The translations under genes were made by a program, and so were the position numbers. The notes below the pieces were generated by a model. That model did no database searches and was not told the origin of the DNA. It worked only from the letters and a program-made list of their open reading frames with translations. A stretch of 60,542 nt of DNA from Ruditapes philippinarum (lineage: Eukaryota), in assembly GCF_026571515.1 (NCBI RefSeq), contig NW_026858762.1, positions 124,001 through 184,542 of the forward strand, in the 5' to 3' direction. How positions within the stretch are numbered: the stretch's first letter is position 1; the number at the start of each line of letters is the position of its first letter. Positions 24,286 to 37,093 of the stretch are shown here, in pieces.

Positions 24286-27200
24286 ATGACAAATTATATA
24301 TTGTCATTTCTAGTTCTCTGTCTAAGTTTAGAGATGATATTTTATATACAAAAACTGGAGACGTTACAGCTAGAGTACCGCTATCTGCTATCTGCTGATG
24401 TACATGGTGAGTTTTTCAAATTTAAGTCAAGTAAATTAAATTCAGTTATGGGCATTTAGACAATTAAAGCTGGCCAATATGATATGTAAGACCGTCAATT
24501 TCTGTTAACCATGAACGTTTATTATACTTTATACATCCTGAATTTCCTACTTTCGATTTCGATTTCTGCATTTTATGGTTGCTGATATGTGCCATGTCGT
24601 ATTTTCACACGATAATACAACAAAGTGGCACACATCAGCCACCATAGCATCTTTACCCAGCAGGCACATCAACGTTGTTTCAACGTTGAATTATGGTCAG
24701 ATTTCAACGTTGAAATAAGGTTGTATTTATATTCGGATTTGAAAGTTGAAACAACGTTGAAATTTCAACGTTGATACAACGTTGCAGCTTCAACGTTGGC
24801 ACAACGTTGAAGTTTCAATGTCATTTCAACGTTGAAAACCCACCATACTTTAATTTTTGGATATAAAGCAAAGTAACCAAGTTTAACAAAATATCAAGAC
24901 AATATTAAATACTTCAGATATTTTATTTCAAAAATACAGTTGAAGTGCAGCTTAAATTCACTTTAAAACTACAATATGTTCCAATCTTTTCTTCTAGATC
25001 TTTCTGGGTATGTCAAGTGTTTGAGTACTTCTTAGGCTGTCTCTTACTGCTTCTGCAAATAAAAATAAGAAGTTTGTAGTTAAAAGTGACTTGGTCAATC
25101 TCAAATTTTACATATAATTACTCAACTTAGTGATTTGTTTTTATCTTAAAATGCTTTTCTCTAAGATTTACATCATAAAACAGCATAGAAATTGAAACAT
25201 AGCTAAGTTTCATGTTGACAGCAAATACTGTATATAAGACAACAAAATCTTTTTAAAAAGAAGCTATTTAAAAGTCTCACCTATGATTGGTCAGCATATT
25301 CCCAAGAAATTAACATTCTAGGCTCTAGCTAAGACCATTTTATGCAGCATCCTGAAATCAACAAACATGTAAATTTTATATAAATAATGTTACATGAATA
25401 TTCCGAAAATCATATTTTTTAAGACAAGACAAATATCCAGTAGAATCTAGTTAAAAAATTTATACATAATCATTGTATTTTAAAGAAATTCAAATATATA
25501 AAATAATAAGAATAAATTTCAATTTAACAAACCTGACAGTCCTTTTCATGTTGAATGTATGGTATACAGGCTACAGCTGCAATACTCTAAATTCCAACCA
25601 GGACCAGGATCTAGAATATAAAATAATATATAATAAAATAGAAATAGATTTATTATTCCCCATAAATTTACGACTATTAAACTTTAAAGTTTAACACTCA
25701 AATTTGTTATTTAACTTAATAATATTGTGTTTTTTTTTCAAACTAATTAACACTGTATTATACTTTCACTAAAATATAAACATAGTTATATATATTGACG
25801 AATCGTCTTGGGACGTAAATTATGTGGGCCGAACTACTTTATAGGTTTCAATTTTATAAATGATTAAATTCTTATTAGGATATAGTACAGACAATTGTTT
25901 AATAATATGAAAAATAAATTAAAGAAAGACAAGATTTGTAAAATCATAAAATGCCAAGGACATCAATAACTTCATGCTTACGAGGCCTACAGAACCCAAA
26001 TCTTTCAATTAGGTCGCGAAAACGTGTCAAATCAACTCAATCATGTGTTTTCATCTCTCATTTATTTCATAAAGTAAATTAAAGTAGAACTTTAAGAATA
26101 AATAATAATAATTTAGAAAATAATCAGTAAGCTAAAGTAAAACATTACGGTAATACCTTCGAAATCCAAATAAATTGCCAATCGTGTTGTTTTTCAAATT
26201 TTCCAAACAGCGCCACCATTTGCACGAACGATAATCATAGACAACAAACAAAATCATAGACCGCAACAATTACTTCCCCTGACCAGCGTTACATTTTGTA
26301 TTTTATAAACGGGGTTTTGACTAATATCAATTTATAATTAATCTTATTCATAAAGAACTAAAAAATAAAACAACAAACAATAAAAGGTATTAATTAATAT
26401 TTAAAGCGTTAATAGAAAGTGAAAAATTATTTTCAACTTTATTTGTTTCAGCGCTAATTTTGAATATACGGAAAAAGATTGTAACGCAAATTTTCCTGAC
26501 AAAAATCACTTACAGACTTATTCAATAAAGGAATAATAACACAAAATTAGTGGTATGAAAGTTTAAATAATGATCAAAATAAATGTAAAACTTCGACCAT
26601 AAACAACGTTGAATCAACGTTGAATATACATCGGCTGTATATCCGTATGATCGTCCATAGTTGAATATTGGTTGAACAACGTCACGACCATATTTCAACG
26701 TTGTTTCAACGTTGAAACAACGTCGTGTGCCTGCTGGGTAGTTATCATCTATAACCATTCTTACATCAACGCAGCACACCTCTAGATATAAGAAATCATG
26801 AAAAATTCGAAACATGTATATATATAGATGATATTGAAGAGTGTAGATTTAATACTAAATTTATCGAACGAGTTGAATAAAATCATATCATGCGAGCCTC
26901 TGGCGAGCATAATATTGTTTTAATAAATTTAGTATTGAAACAACACAAATATAAAATTTCATTTATCACATATATAAAATAAGAACGGTAAACTGTTAAC
27001 AAGAGTCATTTTTATTTGATGCACCTATAGTGTAAAGGTAACATTAGCGCGCTTTAACGCTATGTTTATAGCGCAAATGACGTCACGTCAAAGAGTTATT
27101 ACACTAGTGTAATATCGTCTAGTGTAATATCGTTTTTATTAAATGGCTTACACTCCTGCGCCACGGTTTATGTGATAATTAAAGATAGTGTATTGTGAAG

Positions 27201-29108
27201 TGAACGAAGAAAGTTATTTACACATTGCAAGAGCTCAAATTATGCAAAATTAGCCCTTACTGCGTTAATCAGGCAGTATAAATATGGTTATAAATACTGA
27301 AAAATCAGTCATTTATTGCAAATAAGATCTAGATGTAAACAATTACTTGAATCTTGAATATTTCTACTTTTCTTATAATCTTACAACTTTTTTCTCAACT
27401 TTGATTTAAAAAAATAATATTTTGGCTCATTTGGAGGCATTCAACTTTTAAGATACGAAAAACATATACATTCTATAAAAGGTATTTATCCTATTTTACT
27501 TGCTCAAACAATTTAGGTACTTTAAATATAACATGGCTTTTAGAGACAGCTATAAAAAGTTTTATTCATCTGCCTAAAAGCCCTTTGATATTGTCAGGTA
27601 CAGAAGCTTGAGGGCAGGAGTACAGGGCTGCGTTCCATGAAAGTTACTCTCCCCTGTTGATATATTTTCTTTGGATATGTTTTCTATGTGTTCTCATATC
27701 TTTAATTACTGATAATAACCTTTTGATTTGTATTTCAATCAAATTTAATGTTACAGAGTAATTAAGTTTCAACTAAAATGATAGATTTTATTTCCAAATA
27801 CATGTGGGTTATAGTGTTACACTAGACGATATTACACTAGCCGTAAAAAGTTGCCCCGTACTTCGCTTCAGTGTTGTTATATTTTCTGGTCCTTCGGGAT
27901 CATTGATGCCAACACTATAAAGTGTTGAGAATTGAGTACCGCTCAAGCCGGTGCTAGGGGGTGTGAGTGATGTTGCACTTATTCATTATCACTCATGTAC
28001 AGACTCAATCAAACCGAGTCTGCAATTCTTATGTTATTTTGTTGTGATTAATGCTTCCGAGGGATCACTTTGTTTCCAGAATTTTATACCCATGAGTACA
28101 CAGCATATATACAAACATACATACAAACAGAAACATAATATCAAAGTCATTAAACATATAAAGCATATATTTAACATTTACTGTATATTTGAGACATAAG
28201 TTTGGTTTAATATGAACGGAATTATCATATTACATGAAGCACAGGTTTTGCATAATGATATAACTTACATTACAGTTACCTTCCTAGCTACTATAATTTA
28301 CAAATATTCAACATTTGTTCTTGATTCAAACATTTTAAAGATAAATATTAATAATTTTCTTATAATATTTTCATTTTGAGATGTTAACAATTCAATAAAT
28401 TTTGGTATATTTGGTTCTATCCATATATACATGTTCATTACTTTACGACTTTTAATTGTTGGTTGTTTTATCATATTTTTTAAGTTGGCAAGTAGATTGG
28501 TTATAATTTTTCAATTTAAATGAAAACTCATGAATAAACATGTATATTTTGCAGACCTGAAAGAGAGTTGTTCAAGGGAAAATTGCCAAGGGCCAACGGA
28601 AACAACATGTGTCAATGATAAAACATCTAGTAACAGTCGACCTATCGTTAATGCATTCTCTGTCAGTGACCCAAGATCTGTGTCTCCAGCAGAATCTCTA
28701 AATAAACTACAGAACTATTCTAAAGTTCATTTCAACGAAGGAACGGATTTTAACGCGGAAACAGGGATATTTTCTTGTACTAAACCAGGGGTGTATTATT
28801 TCACTGCCTCTCTCATCAAAAAGCGTGCATATGATAATACCGAAAAAGTTGATCTGGTACATTGTATTATTTACAAAAACACAGTAACCATGCTGGAATT
28901 ACGTGTTGATCCTACCGACGGCCCTAAAGTTGACGTTGATAATATCTCTGCAGATATTGGAAGTACGGCTGTGACTAACTCGATGGTTGTAAGACTTCAA
29001 AAAGGCGACACAGTCTATCTAGGGGATTGTGACAACCCACTAACATCTCTGGAGTCTTGGTCTTCTTTCTCAGGATTCTTGTTATACCCAGATGTCGGAA
29101 GCATTTAA
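24286..29108 (+). CDS. C1q-domain-containing protein, copy 3 (exons 24286-24406, 28555-29108)
   Basis: MTNYILSFLVLCLSLEM...YRYLLSADVH G|gtgagt, acceptor ttttgcag|AC gives DLKESC in frame. Intact gC1q exon. Confidence 0.9.
24656..26738. mobile_element. 2.08-kb non-autonomous TIR transposon with TA TSD (animal EnSpm/CACTA-like)
   Basis: TIR cccagcaggcaca / tgtgcctgctggg with TA on both sides. Empty site catctttagttatc in unit 2. Many subterminal palindromic tcaacgttga motifs. Superfamily assignment is inference. Confidence 0.85.
26825..27180 (+). mobile_element. Family C hairpin+IR element, uninterrupted copy
   Basis: Hairpin ~26840-26946 with a CGAG-cc-tct-gg-CGAG apex. IR ttatcacata 26963-26972 / tatgtgataa 27169-27178. 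Confidence 0.75.
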
Positions 29109-30761
29109 CCGTTAAGATATGCATATTGTCAGTTTACGCCGTTTACAGATATGTGTTTATCATTTAAACTTATAACGACAATAGTCAGCGATTTCGAATG
29201 TGTTTTTGCGACAGTATTGGGGTTTGCAGTAAGGGAATCATGCGTTTTTTTTGCTATCATCTTGCTATATTATCATTTTATATAAGCTTACCGCTCCTTG
29301 AATATTATTAACAGAAGGCACATATGTGTTACTACATGATCACAGATGATTAATTGTCACACCCTTAAGTAATCAACGTGAATAGAGCATCTAGCGATGC
29401 ACCTTTGGGAGTTTAGGCTATATTACGTTTTTCTTCTACTGCATCTGGGGTAACTGTTTCTTTTTGTCTTATAGATGCCCTCGGTTATCTTATATAAAGT
29501 GAATAGGAAATATCTTGCATAAACAGACACTCCCCAAAAACCCTGACTGTCCTCTGGGGGAAGATCCAATGGTTTATGAGCTACATTGCGATTACTTAAA
29601 AAAAGAAATCTCATCATCAGCATGTAAAATGGCCACCCTGAAAATTGGCACATTTGTACGTCCGACCGTCTCTGTGTCTGTTTTTGCGAAAATGATATTG
29701 CATTTTGTTGCTTTTAATCATAGTCTGTTGTCGGTCCTGATTCATGAGTAAAATACGTAGTATTAGTTTTTTTATTATAAATATTATATGCTTTGTTTTT
29801 ATAATCGAAAAGTAAAAGTCATGTCTGAGATCATAATAAGAGCCATCACGCACCGTACCGTACCGACTTACAGGTTTTGTCTCCCGGCTTTCTGGCATCA
29901 TTTTGATCATGAGTGCAATTAATCGAAATGAGCTTCCCTTTGGTGTTTTATTCGGAAATATCATTATAGGGTGTGACAATCAATCATGCTTTAGTTGATA
30001 CTCGTGCGACCTATTTTCGAACTTTTATCAGCCTGTTGGATAAATACTTTTTGATGAGATGACACAACTCATCTTCTGGAAATAATATTTACTGATACTC
30101 TAACAAAATTTATAAATCGTTATGGAAGGGTACTCGAATAAATAGAAAATTACTGTAAATTTGGCCGATACTTAGATACTTGAATAAATATTGGTTAATT
30201 TCCGGTGCAATATTATAAATTATTACATATAACGTCGTCAGATTTTATTTTAATATTTCTCAATGTTGTGTTAAGGAAGACAATAATTGTTTTGTAGTAT
30301 CTAGTAATATACAATGTATGAAATAACTATTATGTCTTGCCCATAACGATCATTGTTTCTATAAGTCTATGTTTTACTTTTGAGTAATCAATGGGTTTTG
30401 TCGCGATGGTTTTTACTTGTTGTTGTTGTTATTGCTTTCAAAGATACATTTAATAAAATTGTTTACAATCAAAAAGAACTTTTATCAATAGTGAAATACT
30501 GTTCTCACATATATATTAATATTGAGTTAAAATGACAAAAGTTAAACCAAAGTAAACCGTAGAACATGATTAAAGTTCAATCTTTTTACAATACTTTTCA
30601 GACAATTGTCAAAAATATATTAATAAAGAAATTACCGTGAGGTTTTACAAGAATAACTTACTTTAGATTTTCTTTGTGAATGAAGTTTCTTATAACAGAC
30701 ACATTTAAAGCGTTTTTTGCCATATAAAATTGAATAAAACATAACAAAACAACAGATGCAT

Positions 30762-31612
30762 TTTAAGCTCGACTATACGAAGTATATGGATAGCTGACCT
30801 ACTCGCCCCGGTGTCGGCTTCGGCGTCTGCGTCCGCGTCCAGATTTCAGATTAAAGTTTTGGTGCAGTAAAATATTTTTCACTATAACTTTTTCATTTCT
30901 TAAGGTATCAACTTCAAACTTCTAATATATGTTGCTTATCATCAACCACATCCTATGTGACAATGTCCATAACTCTAGCACCAATATATTCAGATTTATC
31001 TCCCCTTGAACTTTAAATTTTCTTAAGAAATTAAATTTTTACTGTTACTTCTTTATTTCTTGAGGGATCAACTTCACACTTCAAATATATGTTCCTTATC
31101 ATTTACTACATCTTAAGTAAAAATATCTATAACTCTAGCACCATTATTGCAAGAATTATCAACCCATGATTTTGTTTACTTATTTTTTACTAACTTTAGT
31201 TTTAAAGGTCTCTACCTCAAACTTCAAACACATATTCCTTATCGTCAAACACATCTTATGTGACAAGAATCATAACTCTTGAAGAAATATTTTCACATTT
31301 ATCTCCCTTTAAACTTAAAATTGTTTTTAAGACAAATTATAACTTCTTTACTTTTTAAGGTATCTACTTCAAACTTCAAATATATAATCTTATCATTACA
31401 CGCATGCTGTATGACAAGGTTCATAACTCTAGTGTGACTATTTCCAGAATTATTCCCCCTTGAACTTGGTATAAATTTTAACAACTATAATTTTTGTCAT
31501 AAGAAGAAATATATTTATATCATAATTGATTTTTCTTTCATAGTTTTGTCTTCCTTACTGCGTCAAGTATTTAATTAGTCGAGCTTCGCTGTCTTCTGTG
31601 ACAGCTCTTGTT
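30762..31612 (+). mobile_element. HINE/Helentron-like element, copy 3 (~4 internal repeats, intact subTIRs)
   Basis: agctcgacta (30766-30775) / tagtcgagct (31576-31585), (gcgtcc)n tract, 3' hairpin gctgtc-ttctgt-gacagc. Confidence 0.8.
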
Positions 31613-33243
31613 ATTAGAATATTTTTTAATATAATCAATCACTTATTTTTATTGCCATTATTAGACAAATTGTCAAAATAAAAAAAATCCTGTTAACTTG
31701 TGTCCCTAAATATAAAATACGATTTTGGATTCAGGCACTATTCATCATTTCTTACTAATATGAACATAAATGTCAGATTTTCATTATTTTACTTATTCAC
31801 TGTGATTGATAAATATTTTAGAAAATCCTTTTCAACATTTGCGATTGATTATTTTGCTGAAAAAAGGTTCAAAAATTTAAAACAATTCAGAAGATTAAAA
31901 TTTGAAAATTGTTATGCGATGCAAAAAAAAATTTTGAAATAGGCTGTTAAATTTTGTTTTGTGACAAAATTATTGACTGCATCCTCCAGCCTCCTTCGTG
32001 CACAATTAAATTTCTTTTGCATTCCAATTAGTCATAATTAAAGATGCTAGAGGAATTTGCTCATCGATCAGTTAATACACGGTCAACACAACAATACTTC
32101 TTTATTGGTACTACGTTTTGGACAATTATAATATAAATTTGCTTAATGAAAAATATATATAAAAGAAATGTCACAAAACAATATGTTTTCTTCAAAATTA
32201 TTTGTAAGGTCATGTATTAACACGGATAAACTCGATTTTGGTTGATTTAAAGATTTTTCATCATTTTCTGTTAAATGTAGTTTTATATATGGCATTCTGA
32301 CAGATTCAAGGGTACACGATGGCCAAGTTAATCAATAATTAGTTGGGTTTAATTTGTACAACATAATACATTTTATCTTTTGTCATAATTGACACTTATT
32401 GTGTTGTCTGTGATAGAACAGATACAGCACGATTAACTTCAATAAACAACACGAAACATTTGTAGTACTTAAATTATATCAGCTTTCAGATAAAATGAAA
32501 TTAACTGACAATTGTGCGAGCATACGTCTGAATATAACAATACAAAATACAATCAGAGACATTGCCTGAAAACTGGTCAAATATATCATGATTTTAGTTG
32601 TTCGACTTTCATTATAAATATCATTAAGGGAAATAATTTTATTCGAGATAAAACACAAAAGTATTATCAGAATACTTAACTGCAACTTAGAACGAGGCAA
32701 GTATAAGTATACATATTGTCTCTATTAATAATTCCTTGGAGTATATTAAAGACTGGAATTATAGAGGCAAACATGAGAAAGAACATTCATGATACTGTTC
32801 CAAATGATTTCATTTACATGTTGTTTTTTTTTGACATCGCTAAAGAAAATCGGTCCGTATTGAAATGTTTGCAATATACTATAAAAATATGATGATATAT
32901 TATCGGATATAAACATATTTATATCTAGCACAAAATAGTTTTATTCATCACACATTTGCAATCATTGTAGAGCCAGGACAGCATGCACAGCTGTACAGTC
33001 AGACCAGGTTGAACGAATTTTAGATTTTTAATTGTTTACTTATCGATATAGAAAATTGTTTTATATCATGCAAGTGATTTTGTAATTTAACCTATGATTA
33101 AATAAGAGACAAATCAAATTCATTACTGATGACATCCTAGCTAAAACTTCTTATCACACTATACTGAGGTATGATTGTAATTTATACTAATATTTCATTA
33201 TTACAGTTATTATACAACTTGCCAAAAAAGGTTAAGATGTGGA

Positions 33244-34398
33244 TCAAATAGTTTCTTTTTCACATATGTAATGAAGTCTTATAGCGCAACGCTCAACTCG
33301 AATCATTGTTTTTAAGATATATGCACACTTTTGAGAACTGGGAAGGTTGTCGGGTATTTCTGAACTTAACTGTTCAACAATTTGTTCAGAGCTTTCCCAA
33401 AGGAATGTCCCGTTAACGGCTTTATCTATAGCACCGATCCAACCTTGAAATGATCTTTGTATGTAATCCATTTCTTCCTTTGTAACTGGTTCAGCGAGTT
33501 TAGCATTTAAATCCTGACACATCATTAAAGCAGTTTTCCAATCTACAGCAACGTCGATATACTTATAGCATTTAGTTTGATGTTGAACCCAATGTTGTGG
33601 GCAAGATTTTTGGATTGTGATTGCTTCTGTACTCATTTGATCAAGATGAAGCTCCGTTTTTATTTCTTTGATTTCCTTTTTTGTGTCGTCTTTAAATGTA
33701 CCCAAATCGAGTGCCAATTCACGAAAACGTCTTTCTATTTCAACAAGGTTGTGATCTAGACCCGAAACAACACGGTAGTTACGATCAATCTTTTCAAGGA
33801 AATCATCATCTTTTCTGTCCAGTTTTAACAAATGTTGCCCAATATTATCTATGCTTTCGCTTTGTCTTGTGATTGACTTAATCATTTTCTCCAGGTCATT
33901 GTCAAGAACAGATATCTTATGTTCAAACATCTTCATTTGGTCATTTTTGATAGATGGTGATTTCCGATGTTTTCCTTCTAGTTTCCTTACGCTGTTTGAG
34001 TTAAATCTGATCTTTTGATTCATATTTCTGTGTTGATTCATAAGAACTGTGAGTGTGTTTTGAAATTCATCCATCAGTGCATGAGAATTTTTCTCAATAT
34101 AAGCAAACACTTTATCTATTTCATCTTTTATCGTTTTGTTGATATTATCCATTTGTACCTTTAGCTCATATGTTGATATTGCCGTCTCATTAGATACATT
34201 AACATTTGCTTCGTTACAGAGGTGCAAATTACAAGTACCAACCTTTTGAATTTTTTCTTCCAATTCCAGAATACCAATTTCACTTTTATTCAAGACATTC
34301 TCCAGTTTTGTTTCGAGAATATCCAGTCTCTGTTTATTATTTAAAGAATCAAAACCTGTTCCAATACTTAACAGAAGTAACAACTTAATGTAAAACAT
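33244..34398 (-). CDS. Secreted coiled-coil plus C-type lectin-like domain protein (single coding exon, 384 aa)
   Basis: Signal peptide MFYIKLLLLLSIGTG and a long heptad-rich region. CTLD: CP..W......CY......W..A...C....A.LA, WIG, F.W, C...C...YICE. Confidence 0.88.
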   Translation of the reverse strand: MFYIKLLLLLSIGTGFDSLNNKQRLDILETKLENVLNKSEIGILELEEKIQKVGTCNLHLCNEANVNVSNETAISTYELKVQMDNINKTIKDEIDKVFAYIEKNSHALMDEFQNTLTVLMNQHRNMNQKIRFNSNSVRKLEGKHRKSPSIKNDQMKMFEHKISVLDNDLEKMIKSITRQSESIDNIGQHLLKLDRKDDDFLEKIDRNYRVVSGLDHNLVEIERRFRELALDLGTFKDDTKKEIKEIKTELHLDQMSTEAITIQKSCPQHWVQHQTKCYKYIDVAVDWKTALMMCQDLNAKLAEPVTKEEMDYIQRSFQGWIGAIDKAVNGTFLWESSEQIVEQLSSEIPDNLPSSQKCAYILKTMIRVERCAIRLHYICEKETI

Positions 34399-34658
34399 TT
34401 TTCTTGATGATTATAGAAACCGTTTATGAAACGCTGTAACCGGCAGAAACGTTCAAATAACTTTATGTGATAATGTAATATAGTCTTAGTTAATTGATAA
34501 AGATATTGTCATTAAAAGAAGATAATACTGATAACATTGTTCTCCTTACTCATTTATCTAGATTGGCAATTTGGACTTAATTAAACATAATGCATTGTTT
34601 AATCTGAGATTTTTTTTTTAAAAAGTGAATTACTACATGTAAATATATTAGTAGTATT

Positions 34659-35167
34659 TCCTCAGTTGGTTGTTATGTTGTTCCTTTTAATAAGAAGAGG
34701 ACTTTTTCTGACAGAGCTTTTAGCACGATAGGACCAAAATTGTGGAATGAACTACCTATTAATATGAGAAAATGCGAATCTGTTGAAATTTTCAAAAGAC
34801 AACTGAAATCATTTTACTTCAAGGACTTTTTTGCACTTTTTTAAGTGACGCTGAAGGAATTGTCTGTTCCTAATTGTTTTGTGCATGTTTGTATATTTCT
34901 AGTGTTTTTATTATTTTCAATGTATTATATATAATAAAGTCTAGCCCATGTGTTATCATGTGCAGGGGTGCTTAGGGGTGTAGATTGTTACATGTTGGTG
35001 GGGATTGACCCAATCACTGTGACCGTCGCACTGCTGGGAGTATTGTGTATGGTAGCACTGGGAGTAGCACATATAAGGTATATAGCTGTACAACGCCATT
35101 GAATATGTATTCTATATGTAGAAATAGGCGTTAAATCAAGTTTTCAAGTTTCAAGTTTCAAGTTTCA
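34659..35167 (+). mobile_element. 3' end of an L2/CR1-group LINE with (ttcaagt)n tail and 9-bp flanking repeat
   Basis: VVPFNKKRTFSDRAFSTIGPKLWNELPINMRKCESVEIFKRQLKSFYF is a typical L2/CR1 ORF2 C-terminus. agtagtatt at 34650-34658 and 35168-35176. Confidence 0.8.
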
Positions 35168-37093
35168 AGTAGTATTCAGACATGCTCTTACAAATGTTAA
35201 AAAATGTGCTTTAGACCGAAATATTTACGAAATAAACAATTTAATGTATGACATTAGACATACTGACATTTACAATGAAAACACATTAACAAGTGGTTAA
35301 GATGTCTCTACATCCGGGGTAGTCGGTCCGACCCCTCTAAAATAAGGACCATTGATTGCATATCATGTTTTCTTTGTCTGCGCTTTGGCAGGTCAATTTT
35401 TTCACGTGTATTTCATGACCGGGTCTGTTTGACTAGAACAGACCTGTGCACGTGCAAAAGATAAATCTCATAACGGACTTTCATTTGTTTAAACAGGTCT
35501 ATCCGAAAAATATAGACCTGTCACAAACAATAGAGGAGGTGTGTAATTACAGTTTGACACCATAGTGACAAGATGAAACCCTGGTTATCCTCGGCACTAC
35601 AACAGTGTTGTATTTTGATGGCCACCAGTCTTGATGATTTCCGATGACTTCTTTGTGATTATTTTTTAAAGTACCGGGACCATTTACTTTATTTACGTAC
35701 TATTTTAAATGACATTTGCAGCATATTTTTACATCAGTTATTTCGTCAATAGTACCTTCATAAAACTTTCTGCTTGGGTATTTACAGAGACAACAAAGGC
35801 AGTAATAAGTATATTGTACTGCGTTAGGCACATATTCATTATCAGTAGGCGCATTCAATTTCGCCCAAAATAAATAACCTACTACCTAACGAGACTTTCC
35901 TCTATTTTGTAATCATTTAATCTTATTATAGCTATTAATTGAAAATAATTAACAAAAACATCAACAATTATTGTCCTTTTGTATTTATTTTATTGTGTAC
36001 ACGTGCACCCCGAGTCTTACTTTCGGGATATTATCATACAAAAGGGAATAGACTGATAAAGCCAAGGTAATGCCAATATAAAAGGAAACTACAAAACAAA
36101 ATAGACGGACATAGCAAACTAAATATCAAAATGATAAGGTCATATAAAAGGAAATAGACTGATATAACAAACTTTATTCCACAATGGTAATATAATAAAG
36201 AAAAAGACTAACATAGTAAACGTAATGCCAACATGAAAAAAGTAATAGAAAAGAAATAATCTAGCATAGTAAATGTAATGCAAACATGATAATATAATAC
36301 AAATAGAAAAAGACTGACACAGTAAACTTAATGCCAAAATGATAAATTTCAATAACATAATATAGGCAAATTTTCATTTGGTTAAAGCTCTATTACTTGT
36401 ACTATGATATTTAATATAGGAAATCTCAAGCTTCTTATATTGTTTATTTATGATCAATGTAGCGAGTTAAAATGTTGCAAGTCTATAAAACGAATATTAT
36501 TCTCCATTGGCCTAGTGGTCAAAGAGGACCTGCTGCGTAAAGCAACAGTAGTCAAAGGAAGATATACATCGGACAAAATGTTAAAAAGCGAAAACGCAAC
36601 ATTGGTGTAAGAATATGCATAGTATTTGTTGAATAATCAAGAAACAGTGTCCACAGAATGTAAATTAATGTTCGTGAAAAATCATTTACAAATTACCAAT
36701 ACATATACTTTTCTTTAATAGGACTTCTATGTATCGGATGCTATTTTTTCCCTTCATCGTTATTGATATATATTAACAAGTTGTTTATTTCTAAATTCGA
36801 ATTGTTGAAAAAAAATCATTTATAATTTTTGAATTCTATTCTTTTAAATATACCAAGACGTTTATTCAAAACTGTCAACTATAACTCGCATGAAGTTCTG
36901 TTTTATTCCTTTATTATTGTAGTATCAGCACACACAATGTTATATTTCAATTATGAAATTCAACACGCTTTTATATGGAAAGATGACAAAAAATAATTTT
37001 AAATGTTTGATAGAATACTAGAAATTAACTTATTTTGTGTTTAAGTTCTTTCATTCCGCTTGAACATACATTTACAGTGTAGGCATGCTGTGT

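Larger units (their letters stand above)
5050..31956. repeat. Tandem segmental triplication (units ~5050-13540, ~13541-22786, ~22787-31956)
   Basis: Long collinear identity across exon 1, intron, exon 2, 3' flank and the HINE element in all three units. Homology ends after aggctgttaaattttg (~13540, ~22786, ~31956). Confidence 0.92.

Noticed and set aside
24668-24840. Regularly recurring caacgttg palindromes as a CRISPR or operator array
   Set aside because: They are mirrored at the other end (26605-26720) inside a TIR/TA-bounded insertion, so they are subterminal transposon motifs.
33125-33155. ctgatga as a hammerhead ribozyme core
   Set aside because: No properly placed GAAA or flanking stems.
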